From Raillietiella orientalis (taxonomy: Eukaryota): a stretch of 64,000 bases of DNA. The position numbers and the translations under genes are program-made. Numbering within the stretch: position 1 is the first letter of the stretch; each line of letters starts with the position of its first letter. The notes under the pieces were generated by a model. It saw nothing but the letters and a program-made list of their open reading frames with translations, did no database searches and was not told the origin of the DNA. This document shows positions 26,800 through 38,464 of the stretch, piece by piece. Where the stretch lies: assembly GCA_036172245.1 (NCBI GenBank), contig JAYWIR010000009.1:1178001-1242000 (forward strand), in the 5' to 3' direction.

Positions 26800-27260
26800 T
26801 CAAAAGTGAACTTGGACAACGACAGAAAACCTGCATACAGAATGAATCTTGCTCATCTAAGAAACGGAATACCCACCAGAAATCGTTTTCCCCACGAACA
26901 CACCACGAACTTTCCACTGAGGTGTAGGCGTTTAGCTATGTGCTCTGCACCGAGGAACACGCTAAACACTGAATCACTTCTTACATTTGTTGCCATCAGC
27001 GCGCAGTCTTCTGTCGTGACAGATGCCCTTACCATCATCGTATATGGAACATTGTGTGTTTCATTAGTATGGAAACATCCAGGATAGGGTAGCAGTGTGT
27101 TCGAAATGCGAAGCAGCACAACGATTTGTCGGAGAAGAACTTCAATCTCACTCAGCGATTGGAATGTGGTCCACGGTTTTCTCCTCGAATGAAGCCTGCG
27201 GAAAGGTAAAACAGGACGCTGTTCGAAATGTAGCATGTGAAGTGTTCAAACTGGGGAGCA
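26800..27260 (+). mobile_element. Possible decayed Merlin/IS1595-like transposase
   Basis: RNTLNTESLLTFVAISAQSSVVTD (~'RxxxTLxxxIxxxVxPGSxIxTD'), followed in another frame by QRFVGEELQSHSAIGMWS (~'FVxxxxxxHTxxIExxWS'). Confidence 0.35.
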
Positions 27261-28229
27261 GTACATTTGGCAGTTTTCACCTATTTTTTCCTGGTTGCAA
27301 GAGAACCTCTTATGATTAAATTATTACAACCACATAATCACACATTCGGGCCGTCCGCTAACACTGTTCTCGACGATCAATCATACATACATGCCGATCC
27401 TTTTACGTGTAATGGAATCGCCACGTGAACCCCATCAGACCTCGAATTGAGCGAAAATCTCGATGCCCAGTTCTTCCGAAAATCTTGCAAATTGAGGAAA
27501 GTCTTTCGTAGGAGGATGAAGAATTTGTAAGAGTCAATTGCAAGTTTCGGTTCCATGTTTCTTTCCGTAACGAAGATTGGATCTTATTTTCACTCCCGGA
27601 GCTTTCTTTGAAACTCATGAAATCACGGGGCTTCAAAGATGAGTAAAACGAAAGCGCAGCTTCAGGTGTAGGTGGAAGAAAATTATGGAGTCTGCTAATC
27701 TTACTTTGCCGGAAAAAATCACCCAGGTGTTTATCGTAAGCTGAGGAGCTGTCGGTGAAGAGCTGATAGCCAGGTATTCCTTGAACATGCGAGTTAGATG
27801 TGGAAATGAAATGAATTCCATATCTGCAAATTTCATAAAGTACAAAATAAGTTTCCGATCGGAACCTGGAGTGCATTTGGTGAGCACATTCATTTGTTTT
27901 CTGGAACAAACAAATGGTATTATCTTCAAAACGAGGTTGTCGATTAAGTAGAATGGAAATGAAACTAAGGAAGAATGTGATAGAGTGTCTCTTGTGTTGT
28001 GGTACGTCGATGTATTCATTAGAAATGGATGCATTGCATTAAAGTAAATCAATGTACGAACTTTTATGGATTCACTGAAGAGGAGTATCTCAGGATTTTA
28101 TTCCAGATCATTGCGGGATGTTTCTTGCTGGTTCATACCCAAATAATGCAGCAGGACGAATCTCACGTCGGCTCCATATGTTCACAAACTTCGACAGTCA
28201 AAGTATCTTTCGTGATGGAGGAAGCCGAT

Positions 28230-29800
28230 TTTATGCTCAACCCGGACTCTAAAATAACTCTAAACCTAGACTCCAAAAATCTTTGCATCCTAACATCAGG
28301 CCCAAACTATTGCACGCAACACAAATACGAAGAATTCATTACTGAAATGATAACACGTTCTTTAGTATCCAAATTACAAAGAAAAAGGGAGAAAGAGTGT
28401 ACATTCTTGTCTTCTAGCATGGAACAATCACAATTAAGAGCAGTTGGAAGATCAAAAGCTTCTAGGAAAACCTTCGTCTTTAAGGGTTTCTATGAAGACC
28501 ATCTTTATTCTTTAAGTCTTGCTCTGGAGCCTAATGACTCTTTTCCGTCAATTTTTGCAAATAAAGGCCATCAGTGAGTAGAAAAGGTTAAAAGTTGTTA
28601 ATCAGTATTCAGTCCTCGGGCGTACGGGGGCGGGATGGAGTAGTAAAAACGACAGAAAGAAACCAAAGAGAACTTCGATGGCACGGAAATATTGAGGCAG
28701 TTGATAATCTGTGGAGCACTTTGATGTTTTGTAAGTCCGAAATAAAAGAAGTGCAGCATCGAAGAGAAGAAATGGGAAAGACCTGGAAGAACAATCTCCT
28801 TTTCTGTTTTTCAGCTTCCTCCCCACCCCAAAATACACGCACATACACACCCAAATGTTCACTGATTCAGTGGGAAAAAGGGAAAGAATAAAGTATTACA
28901 GCAAAGGAACTATATGAGCTTCCCAACTACAACCAGAGACCACAGAGATCATTGAAACGCGTTCCAAGGATGTGTTAACAAAAGGTGAGAAGTGATAAAA
29001 ATGTGGCTTTGGATATCACGATGCAGTCGTAACACGCACGTGGTTGGATAATGAAATTCACCGTCATTAGCACTTGAAGGTATTCAACTGAACGTATGCA
29101 AAATTTATGGAGAACACTGTGAGCAGCTCAGGAAATCAACCATCAACCGTTCTTTTTCAAGGCAATAGCATGATGTACAGATCTACCAGTGCCTTGATGA
29201 AAGTACCTTCCCGAAACGAAAGGTCCCAATCAGCGTGCAAAGGGAGTGGAGAGTCAAGAACGTAGGTCTGACTCCCATCCCCTAGGGTTCACCCAGCCAT
29301 CCATCTACGTTCCAGATCCAGATCCAAATGAATCAGAAGTCTCGAGGCAAAGGAAGTTTCGCTTGCTACATGCCCTATCGTAATGCTCTTCACTTTTTTG
29401 GCTTATTCAGAATGATAAAATGCACGCACACGTAAACCGGATATTTCAACGACGCCAAGATTGTGGGGCTGAACACTTAGAAATGATGGAGCTGTGCTCA
29501 CTGAGCATAATGTACAGATGCAATGTAACGTGGGGACCAGCGGGAAAAGGATTTGAGGATGCCGGGCACAGAAGCAATTTTTCTGAAACATCGGCTAGCT
29601 TTAGTACATGCTTAGCCGTCTGGTGTTTCTTCCCCGTCGTGCTCATGCAACAGTCTAGTGTACGATTAAAAGGAAAAATAGAGTGCTGAGTGAAGGTGTA
29701 ACGTGAAAGAATGCAAATTTCTGGTATTTGCCAAGGAGTCTTCAACTATCTTCATGTCAGTGAATGCAATCTGCCACGCCAGGCACCTGCCTCACGAAGG
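28230..29800 (+). mobile_element. Decayed Penelope-like retroelement (RT, possible GIY-YIG remnant)
   Basis: Ordered degenerate motifs: ILTSGPNY (~'LxKGxxF/Y'); ELYELPNYN (~'LYGLPKxHK', ~28907); VALDITMQS (~'VSxDVxSLY'); TVLFQG..MYRSTSALMKVP (~'FxFxxxxYxQxxGxxMGSP'); NRIFQRRQDCGAEHLEMMELCSLSIMYRCN (~thumb motif 'RAxxICxxxxLxxELxxLxxxFxxN'). Confidence 0.5.
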
Positions 29801-30526
29801 TATAATACGGTGATTGCTGATCCCGTTGCGGCACGTTTCATCTAACCGTTTCATCGATGATCCATCAGTGATGAATTCTGTCATCTCATGAGCCTGCACT
29901 TATGGGGGTTGCCAAGTATGCACTTAGAAACGCCGCTAATTCTCCGCAGCTTCCACAAATGCCGTCGGTTGAATCGGAAGCGCGAAAAAGCCATATGCTT
30001 TGCATATTCGGTACATTTCCATTTCCGCAAAATGTGTACACAAAAGTGCTCGTGCACGAACAGGGCTTTCCGATGATTTTCTCCTTCCTCCGCCGCCCGA
30101 ATTGGCTTGGAATTTTTCCCGAAATGGACTCCGAAAATGGACTGAATTTATCCGGTCGTTCTCTCTCACGCTGGGTTTCGAAACCCGAAATAAACAAAAA
30201 AAAAAAAAAAGAAAAAAAATTTCGAAGAGCCTTCGGCACCTCTGGAAGCGCTTTCCTTTTTCCGATGCATTTTTCGCAGCTCCCTCCCCCCCCCCCCGGG
30301 GCGAACGTGGTGAGAAAGAAAAACTCTGTTCCCACGAAATGCTTTCACCAACGGGCGTCTGCCCGAGCCAAGTCCCGTTTCGTACACCAGCCCGCGTCGG
30401 ACGGGGGTTCGCGTTCGTAGGGGAATCGTACGTACACTAATAAAAGTGACGATCGGGAAGATGCTCGCCGACACGATCTATTAATAGCCCCCGATGCAGC
30501 GGACATGGCTAACACACGTGCAACGT

Positions 30527-30587
30527 CCAATCAGTACATAACACGAGAACTAATGCCACGTCCTCCGGTGACGTCAGGACACATTGG
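30527..30587 (+). promoter_or_regulatory. Unfolded-protein-response promoter cluster upstream of PDI
   Basis: ERSE-like CCAAT-N9-ACACG (30527-30545; consensus CCAAT-N9-CCACG). GCCACGTC (30555-30562) matches the XBP1/UPRE core on the minus strand. Perfect CRE TGACGTCA (30569-30576). Reverse CCAAT at ~30583. Confidence 0.65.
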
Positions 30588-30671
30588 GTTTCGGTTGCTA
30601 CCGCTGCTTTCAGGCAACACCAACACTCCACTTGGCTTGTTTCGATTGAGGAGCTGGCTCTGTGGGGGAAA

Positions 30672-32878
30672 ATGCTGTTCCTCGGACCTGACCATGTGTG
30701 TGCAGGCATCTGTGTTGTAATTGCATCGTTGTTTCTGGAAAGCTCGCTGGTGTACTCGGCAGCCGATGAACCGAGAAAAGAGGAAGGTATCCATGTGCTG
30801 AACAACGACAATTTCAAGCCGTTTGTGGACGAAAATGACTACATACTCGTCGAGTTTTGTAAGTGTCTTTCACTAGTGTTGAGGTCAAAAAAACAAAACA
30901 AAAAAAAACTACTGGGCATTTACTTGCTCAATGTGTTGTAAGAGTTTTTAATGGGCGCAGTAACTGGATGCTTAAATGGGTTTTCCAAGCACGGTTACGG
31001 AGCCCAAGCCAAGAATTAACACGCAGTGAAACCATTATGCGCGTGCAAGATTTTAATTATAAGTATCCTTACTTCCGGTTTTTCCAGTTTGCAATTAAAA
31101 GGATAATTGCAGTAAGATTTTTTATCAATTTTTGCGGTTCGAGAAGTAGTTTACGGTGTGCTGGGTAGAAACAAGTTTGCCATCATGGCAAAGCAAAGAT
31201 ATGCAACAGTGGGATGTTTGTGAGAAGTTCTACTGTGGTGTCACATCGTTTCTAGGATGTTTCGAGTTAATTTGATTGTATTTGTTGCAGATGCTCCATG
31301 GTGTGGTCACTGTAAAGCGTTAGCTCCCGAATATGTGAAAGCAGCACAAATAATCAAAGAAAAAGAGCTAAACATAAAATTAGCAAAAGTTGATGCTACA
31401 CAGGAGTCGGATCTTGCAGAAGAGCATGGAGTTAGAGGATATCCGACTTTGACATTCTATGTCAAAGGGAAAAAGAAAGAATATGGAGGTAGGTGTACTA
31501 ATGATATTGAAAGTTCAATCAATCAGTTATTAGGTGGAAGAACTGCTCATGAAATAGTTTCCTGGCTGGAGAAAAAACTTGGTCCACCAGTCCAAACTGT
31601 TTCTGAAGTAGATGAGTTGAAAAAATTGGTGGATTCACATGAAGTAGTAGTTGTGGGATTCTTCAAGGTAGAGATATACGGCAAATGAGCCAGCTTCCTG
31701 CAGACTGTTTTTTTTTGTATTGGAACAGTCCTTCATGGAGTTGGTAAATTACAATATGCATACATGTTTCAAGTAGAGAAATTTGGAAACTTGGTGCTAA
31801 CATAACATTTTTAGGATACATCATCTCCTGGGTCTGCTGCTTATAATGAAGCTGCTTCCAAGTTGGACCACTTTCCATATGCCATCACTTCATCTGAGTC
31901 TATTTTCAAGGAATATGGTGTAAATAAAGACACTGTAGTGATGTTCAGAAAAGTGAGTAAAAGGCTCATAACGTAAACTCACTGATTGTTGTATAGTTTG
32001 ATGATGAAAAGTTAGAGCATACTGAGCCATTGGAGGAGGAAGCAATTCTCAGATTTATCAGTTTGCGCTCCTTGCCACTTGTCATCGACTTCAATCATGA
32101 TTCAGCAAAGCGCATTTTCAGTGGTGACATTAAAGTTCACTTATTGATCTTTGTGGCCAAATCCAGTGGAGAGTATGATAGCATTGTAGAAATTGCTAGA
32201 GGAGTAGCTAAAGAATTCCTGGAGAAAGTTTTATTTGTAACCATCAATATTGATGAACAAGATCATCAAAGAATGCTGGAGTTCTTTGGAGTGAAGAAAG
32301 AAGAAGTTCCTGCCTTTAGACTTATTTATTTGGATGATCATATGGCTAAATATAAGCCAGACACCACAGAGATAACAGCTGAAGGCATGCAAAAGTTTGT
32401 GCAGGATTATTTAGATGGAAAGTTGAAACCACACTTACTATCACAAGCACTTCCAGAAGATTGGAATAAGAAACCTGTTAAAACACTAGTGGCCAGCATA
32501 TTTCAAGATATTGCCTTTGATAAAGCCAAGGATGTGTTGGTTGAATTCTATGCCCCTTGGTGTGGTCATTGCAAGCAGCTTGTGCCCATTTATGAAGAGC
32601 TAGCTGAGAAATTTAAAGACAACAGTGATTTAGTAATTGCTAAAATAGATGCTACCCAGAATGAAGTTGCAAGTCCCAGAATTGAGACCTTCCCAACCAT
32701 CATACTATTTAAGAAAGATACAAATGAACAAATTGAGTACAATGGGGAAAGAACACTAGCTGGTCTGACAAGGTTCTTAGAAAGTGGTGGTATATATGGC
32801 AAAGCCACTACAGGTAAATTTGAAGTTCGTGAAGAGGAAGAAGAAGAGGAAACTGCCAAACATAGGGACGAATTGTGA
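30672..32878 (+). CDS. Pdi: Protein disulfide isomerase (PDIA1/P4HB type), ~512 aa
   Basis: Exons 30672-30858, 31291-31488, 31534-31667, 31815-31952, 31997-32878 (1539 nt, phase-consistent). Hydrophobic signal-peptide-like N-terminus, two EFYAPWCGHCK thioredoxin sites, acidic tail and C-terminal RDEL ER-retention signal. Start codon is the least certain part. Confidence 0.95.
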
Positions 32879-33849
32879 ACAAGATGTGTGTATTTGGAAT
32901 TGAGTCAAAACAACACGGATTTTTAATTTGTGAAGTTGCCTGGCAAGGTGCTTAGAGAAATGATGGCAATTTTCTTTGTTTGTTGCATTAATGAAAAAGT
33001 AACTTAATTTGCATTGAATTTTTCCACTTTACATTACATATGTTGAGATGGTTTTGCTGCTCAGCTTAAATAGTAGAGCAATTGGAAAAAACAAAAAAAA
33101 GCAAAATGATGGAAACAGTTATATGGTCAATATTACATATGTGGTTTTTTTTTGTTTTTCAAATCTGTGAAATTCATATTTATGGAATGTGTGCCTGTAT
33201 TCATGTGTGATTTTATTATAAATTCATGTAAACAACCCAATGTGTTGAAATGGTATTGACTGCATTATGTGCATACAAAAAAACTTTGTAAGTGCATGAA
33301 AACCTTGGATAAAAAACGTTCGGGCGAACTCTGTCCATATGCTGGCACAGCATCTCTGAATTTCAAAAATTTCTAGAGGGCTTTTTAAGAAATTCTTTGT
33401 GTTTTGAGGTTTAAATTCAATTTACCATAAATATTCAAATCACTGCAATTTTTCTACTAATGCAAGAATGTTTTCTAATAAATTCTAAAATTCTTTGGAA
33501 GCTTTGGTTTTACATTTTGGAATTTCAAATGTCCCGCAAGACCGGAGAGATTTGGGGGTTGTATCTCAGTGTAGTTGCATAAAGTGCTAAGTTTTATGTA
33601 GTTCGCACCGTTAAATTGAAAAGTTTACCGATTGCAAAGCGGCCGTTCGTTTTTGTGAGTGCGGGCTTTCCCGCTCACTATAGATTGAGCGTGAAACCCA
33701 ATGCCTGCCGGCAGTCTTTCCGGTTAGCACAAGGAAGTGGTCACAGTAAAGTGGGAACGAACGGAAGAAGGCAACTGCAAGCTCTTTATAGAGGTCATTC
33801 GTTCGAATTTCCGTGGCTCAGTAACACAGCAGTCGTGAGGCAACTTTGA

Positions 33850-34612
33850 TGCAAAGGTACGGCGTGCCCTTGCCCGGGGAGCTGCAAGGGATATGCCCGG
33901 TCGGTCAAAGAGGAAGAGTCCCGCATGTGTGAGAAAGGGTTTATCCGGCATAAAATGGTAGCGCGAAAGGAAATTCGCAATGCCTGCGGCGTTTAAAGAG
34001 AAGCGCACGGATGCAAGCCCACTGAAATCTTCGAAGGAACTTGCTTTTCATTTGCCCTTGATGGGCCAAGGAACGTTCGATCGAAGTTCAAGCTCCTGCA
34101 GAGATTGCAGGCTACACAGCAAGGAGCGAATACATCCCAACACCTCATCCTTTTAGTGTGAACGTCTCTCTCTCTCCCTCTGTGTGTTTGTGTGTGGGGG
34201 CGGTATTTCATCTGTTCTCTCTTGACAGATGCTGCGTTGATGGAAAGGTGGTTCGCATGCGTCTTCGAAAGCAACAAGGCAATCGCAAACAACGCGAAAC
34301 TCAAAAGAATTTTTATCGCCACATTGTATCTCAATAAAATGTTGAGAAGCATACCGTGGTTCTGATTTTTCTTCCCCTCGTGGTAAAAAAAATGTTTCAA
34401 GCGTGTTCTCAGTGCCAGCAAATTAAAGTGCAATGCCTGACCGCGATGGAACAAAATTTTAGAACAGGTTGATGGCGTGCTGTGGCTCGAAGCTTGCAAA
34501 TGGGTTCAGAAGATTTGGGTGCCAGAAGAGGGAAGTGCCGAAGTATCAAGCAGACGCCTGCTGCGGACGTAAAGCACAAGTGCATTCGTCGAGTAGTTTA
34601 TCTACCAAAAGT

Positions 34613-34647
<35 letters not shown>

Positions 34648-35892
34648 GGACTTCAACCCTTGTCCATGAGAGCAACTTCAGAAAAGAAAAGAAAACACCG
34701 GGAACGGAATTCACGGGAACGGAATCCACAGCATTCTTCGGTGCCATTATTTTACTCTTTGGAACCCTCGCGTCACTGCACATTTCATTCGCGGCAGGAG
34801 GAACGCTGCCAACTCGACCTTGCGTCCGAGCACCGATTTACAGCCAGATCCGGCGATCAAACGGAGCCTCGGGGGTTTCTCTGGAAGGCAGCTGGTGCCT
34901 CGTAGGCTTTACCCTCCACTTGGGGCGGAAGGACATCCTGGACGTTAGCGAGCGCACCTTGAGCGGTGGTCGCTTTCCAGCTCTTCATCGTTGCGAACGG
35001 CCGGATGCGGGTGACGCGAAAGTGGTAGGGGATTGTGTTGGCATATGCCGCGTTCCCTTGCCATTCCATGACTTCGGCCTTGCATACCCATAGGAACGAT
35101 GCGCAAGAGCTCCACCTCCAGGGCACGCTCTGCGTGGTTGCCCTTGCACAGAAGCCGGTGTGCACGACCACCAGAGAACTGCAAGCCTGCGCTCTTGGAA
35201 CAGGACATGCCTTCCCCTCTCTCTCTTCTTCCGCCTGATATTCTGGCGCCATTTTGCTACACGCACTGATGGCACGCAACAGTCACGAAGAAATCGCCGA
35301 CTACTCCGACAGACTACACCTGGTGACGCCGGGGAGTTTATCCCATAAAAAGAAGTTGACGGAATGGAAGCTGATAACGGCAGACCAGCTGGTCCCTGAT
35401 CCGGTTGTAGAAAAGCAAGGAAGATGGATGTCATGTCACTTGTTGGAATTGAAAGCGGAGAAGATGCGTTCACAAGGGCGCGCCAAGAGGAGGAGGACAA
35501 GTATCAGGGCCTCCTCCATAAGATCAAGCAGACAGGCAAAATGGCAGCGCTACATGAATTCCTGGTGGGGGTGTTGGGGTCATGGGATCCCAAGAACGGT
35601 GGTGTGCTACGAACTTGAGGTATTCCCAGGAACTATGCAAACAAGATGAGGAAAGTCGCAGTATCCTCTTGCATAAGAACCAGCAGGGGCATTCATTCAG
35701 GACGCACAGACTGGGACATCCACCGCATGATGCAGGTGATCCCATGGGGTGCCTGCTCGAACAGAGTACTGTTCCAGATAGCCCGCAACAAAGAGACTCC
35801 AAGATGATCAACGGAAGAACAGGAAGATCAGAATGAGCGGCTAACGTTCATAAATACCACGTAACATGGAACTAATTCTATAAAAAAATAAA
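33850..35892 (+). mobile_element. Decayed RLE-clade (Utopia/NeSL-like) non-LTR retrotransposon, RT apparently absent
   Basis: N-terminal zinc-finger-like remnants at ~33930-34020 (RMCEKGF...RNACG...AHGC). Restriction-like endonuclease at ~35385-35620: LVPDPVVEKQG / DV...ESGEDAFTRARQEEEDKY...FLVGVLGSWDPKN. A-rich end with AATAAA at ~35880-35893. Confidence 0.75.
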
Positions 35893-36049
35893 ACCGCGTA
35901 GGAAAACTACGCCGACACGCACACGGTATGTCTCAAGGCAGGCCGATGCGAGGAGGTAACTCGACCTGACGAAAAAGGAATGACGGTTACTCTTTCTTAA
36001 TTAAGGAACGAAGGCATCATTCGCTGCACTATTCAGCTCACAGTTTGCA

Positions 36050-36330
36050 ACAGACGTGCCAAGAGCCCCATTCCCCCCGAAACACGCACACACCACACGT
36101 GTCTGGAGGAAGTCCGATCGCTTCGTGTTCCCCGAGCTTTTCCTCTCCCCCACTGCTGTGAATCCACGCGACGCACGAAGCCGCCTGGAGCAGGCCCTTG
36201 CAACTACTCATCACTGCAGATGCCACAGGTGCGACATTTGTGGTTTTCGCGCAGCCTTCCATCCACGCAAAAAGTTGAGGGAACAGGAAGTTGCCCGAGA
36301 ACTAATTCCAGACCTGGTGTTGATTTTAAC
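36050..36330 (+). mobile_element. 5' zinc-finger fragment of a second Utopia/NeSL-like element
   Basis: FVFPELFLSP...SRLEQALATTH...HRCDICG resembles the N-terminal C2H2 finger region of RLE-clade elements. Confidence 0.4.
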
Positions 36331-36649
36331 TCCGAAGGGAGGGAGGGAGAGGAATGTGGTGAAGCGGGGGCGCTCGTGGGGACGAAGAAGTGCAGCGATC
36401 ATTCGGAACACCACGCGCCAAGGACTGAGAAGGAGCACACCTGCCAATTACGGCAAACATTAGAGTGTGCAGGCACGCGGAGGAGGAGATCCTCTCCTCG
36501 TATCTGTCCTTGTGCTGAATGAAATCGGACATCCCGCAGGGGAAGGTCGTTCGGGGTTCGATGCAACGAGGAACTGTTTTCATTTCACGCATCCTCCCCC
36601 GCAGTCCCCTTCACTCTCAAAACCAATGAATAGCCGAATGCCACGCTTA

Positions 36650-37500
36650 CGAAACTTCCCGCTGTCCTCCATAGAATCATTCGATTCCTCCATCATGTAC
36701 GTCTACCAACCCTTGGGCATCGCAAGATGGACACCCTCTCTGTCTTGCAAGCGAGAAACTGATTCAGGAGGAAGAGCACCGACTCCTATTGCAAGAAGTC
36801 AGCACACTTTAAGACAAAGGGCTCCCCTGACTTCAAGCAAGCACCATCCTTCCGAACAAGATGAAAGGCATCGCCTTGGATGCTGTTACTGATCGGATGT
36901 ATCCTCCGTCAGCTCCCCCATCTCTCCGACTCCCATGATAGGAGATGCGTCACTGTGCACTTTCGTATGATCTTTTTCTACCTCGTGTGGAGCTTCCCTG
37001 CTCTGTGCCCGGTTTTGTAGCTCAAGATCTGGTTCGCAGAAGCTCCAGTAGGTGCCGAAGGACTGTCACGAAGGGCTGGCTATTGAAGGGATGCACGATC
37101 TCAAGGAGGAAGGCGTAAGGACCACCTTTGACGGATTCGGCCTTTCGGAAGACCCGAGATTGTGGGTCATGAAAGGCGGGCCAGCTGTGGGAGGATTTGC
37201 TGAACTGGAATGGGTCATCCATTGGGATCGCCTAGCGCCTCTCCGCAGCCTGGTGTCCATCCCAAGATTTCCTTCTTCCCAAGAAACGCGCAGACGCGAG
37301 AAAGCGTCGGGAAGCTGACCATGGGTGTGGTTGCGTCCTCCGCTTTGATCCACATGTCGGCTTTGCCTGCCTCTTCCCGGGGAGAAACCACGCAGACGTG
37401 GGTTTACCCCTACCCGCTGGTATGAGGGAGTCCTTCCCCCCGGTAGTGGGGTGCGCTTCCCTTATCAGTCCCTCTTCGACCGACGCGTGCTGGACTCCGG
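36650..37500 (-). mobile_element. Decayed L1/Tx1-type reverse transcriptase fragment
   Basis: Ordered minus-strand remnants: GKPTSAWF (~'GEKxTxYFF'), SHSWPAF (~'NWRPI'), LRSCIPSIASPS*QSF (~'LxxxLPxIIxxxQxGF'), EVEK/SYES (~'DxEKAYD') and QGSPLS. Confidence 0.55.
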
Positions 37501-37699
37501 AGCGCCATGCAGATGATTCTGTGGTCGGGTGCCTCGCCCATGGCACTGGAGAAAACTCGGCTGCATTGCAAAGCAAGGCCCCCATGGGGACGAAATGGCC
37601 GTCGACCGCTGCAAGGAAGGCACATCTCACAGCGGCAGTAGGCGTCCCGCATTCCGCGCCACCGCTGACCTCTCAGGGTCGGCCATGGCTGAAAGGGCT

Positions 37700-38450
37700 A
37701 CGCTTATTTCTAAACTATCCAGGAACTTTGTTCCCGGACAAAGAACACAAAACAACGAAGGGAGGGCTTCCCGACACGCAGGTCGGAAAATCCGAAAGTC
37801 CGGAACGGGCGGGAGGAGACCACAAATGCACATATAAAAAAATATAAGTAAAGATATGGGAGGGGCGACAGCGGCCGCTGAGCCTGAGGTGCAGCGCGAC
37901 GCCTCCGATCCGTTCCAGTCAACTCTGCGCATGGAAGGGGACACTAAACTTTAAGAAGGGCAAGATGTCGTGGTACTCGTGCAAGGTGGTCCTGGGAGGA
38001 TTGCCCTAAAAGATCTCCGAGCAGACCGTCGTGGCTGTCTTCAACCCGTTCGCGCCTTCTGAGCGTTGGGCGGCCCGGCAAAGAGAACCTCTTGAAGCTG
38101 TGCGGATGTGCCTGCGCCGTGTTCCAGTCCGAGCAGCAGGTGCATGAGCTGCTTCAGGTCTGCACTCACGACCGCAGCCGCGGGAGCAACCTCTTCTCTA
38201 CGAGGTGCCTGCGTGAGGGGGCCATCTGAAAAAAATCCAGGTCAACCTCTGGGCCATCGGCGACAGCAACCACTCTCTAAGCTCGGCGTAGAAGCTGGAC
38301 CCCAAGAAGGTGGCCTTCGTGGGCGCCCTGCCGGCATGGTAATCTCCGGGGAGCTGCCCGTCACCATGGACGACCTGTCGCAGATGTCGTCTACGTCGGC
38401 ATCGACACCTACAAGCACAAATACTCCGCCGGCTCCGGGAGTTTTCACCC
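37700..38450 (-). mobile_element. Tx1/L1-type 3' fragment (zf-RVT region plus 3' UTR), copy D
   Basis: HLLGV, RRHLVEKRLLP and MHLLLG remnants match the other copies' zf-RVT region. The 3' UTR-like tract at ~37700-37860 resembles those of copies B and C. Confidence 0.5.
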
Positions 38451-38464
38451 GGTCACGCCGGGGC

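Noticed and set aside
27640..27690. LPPTPEAAL motif (minus strand) reminiscent of a DNA-transposon LPPT motif
   Set aside because: A single short motif; the expected following His/Arg/Gln/Trp residues are missing.
28029..28577. 182-aa ORF with kinase-like LRILFQII...QDESHVGSI
   Set aside because: No HRD/DFG motifs. The downstream part fits a Penelope-like element better.
29848..29868. Hammerhead-like CTGATGG-atcatcgat-GAAAC near the Penelope-like relic
   Set aside because: The core has G instead of the conserved A9, it is antisense to the element, and no stem III or cleavage triplet is evident.
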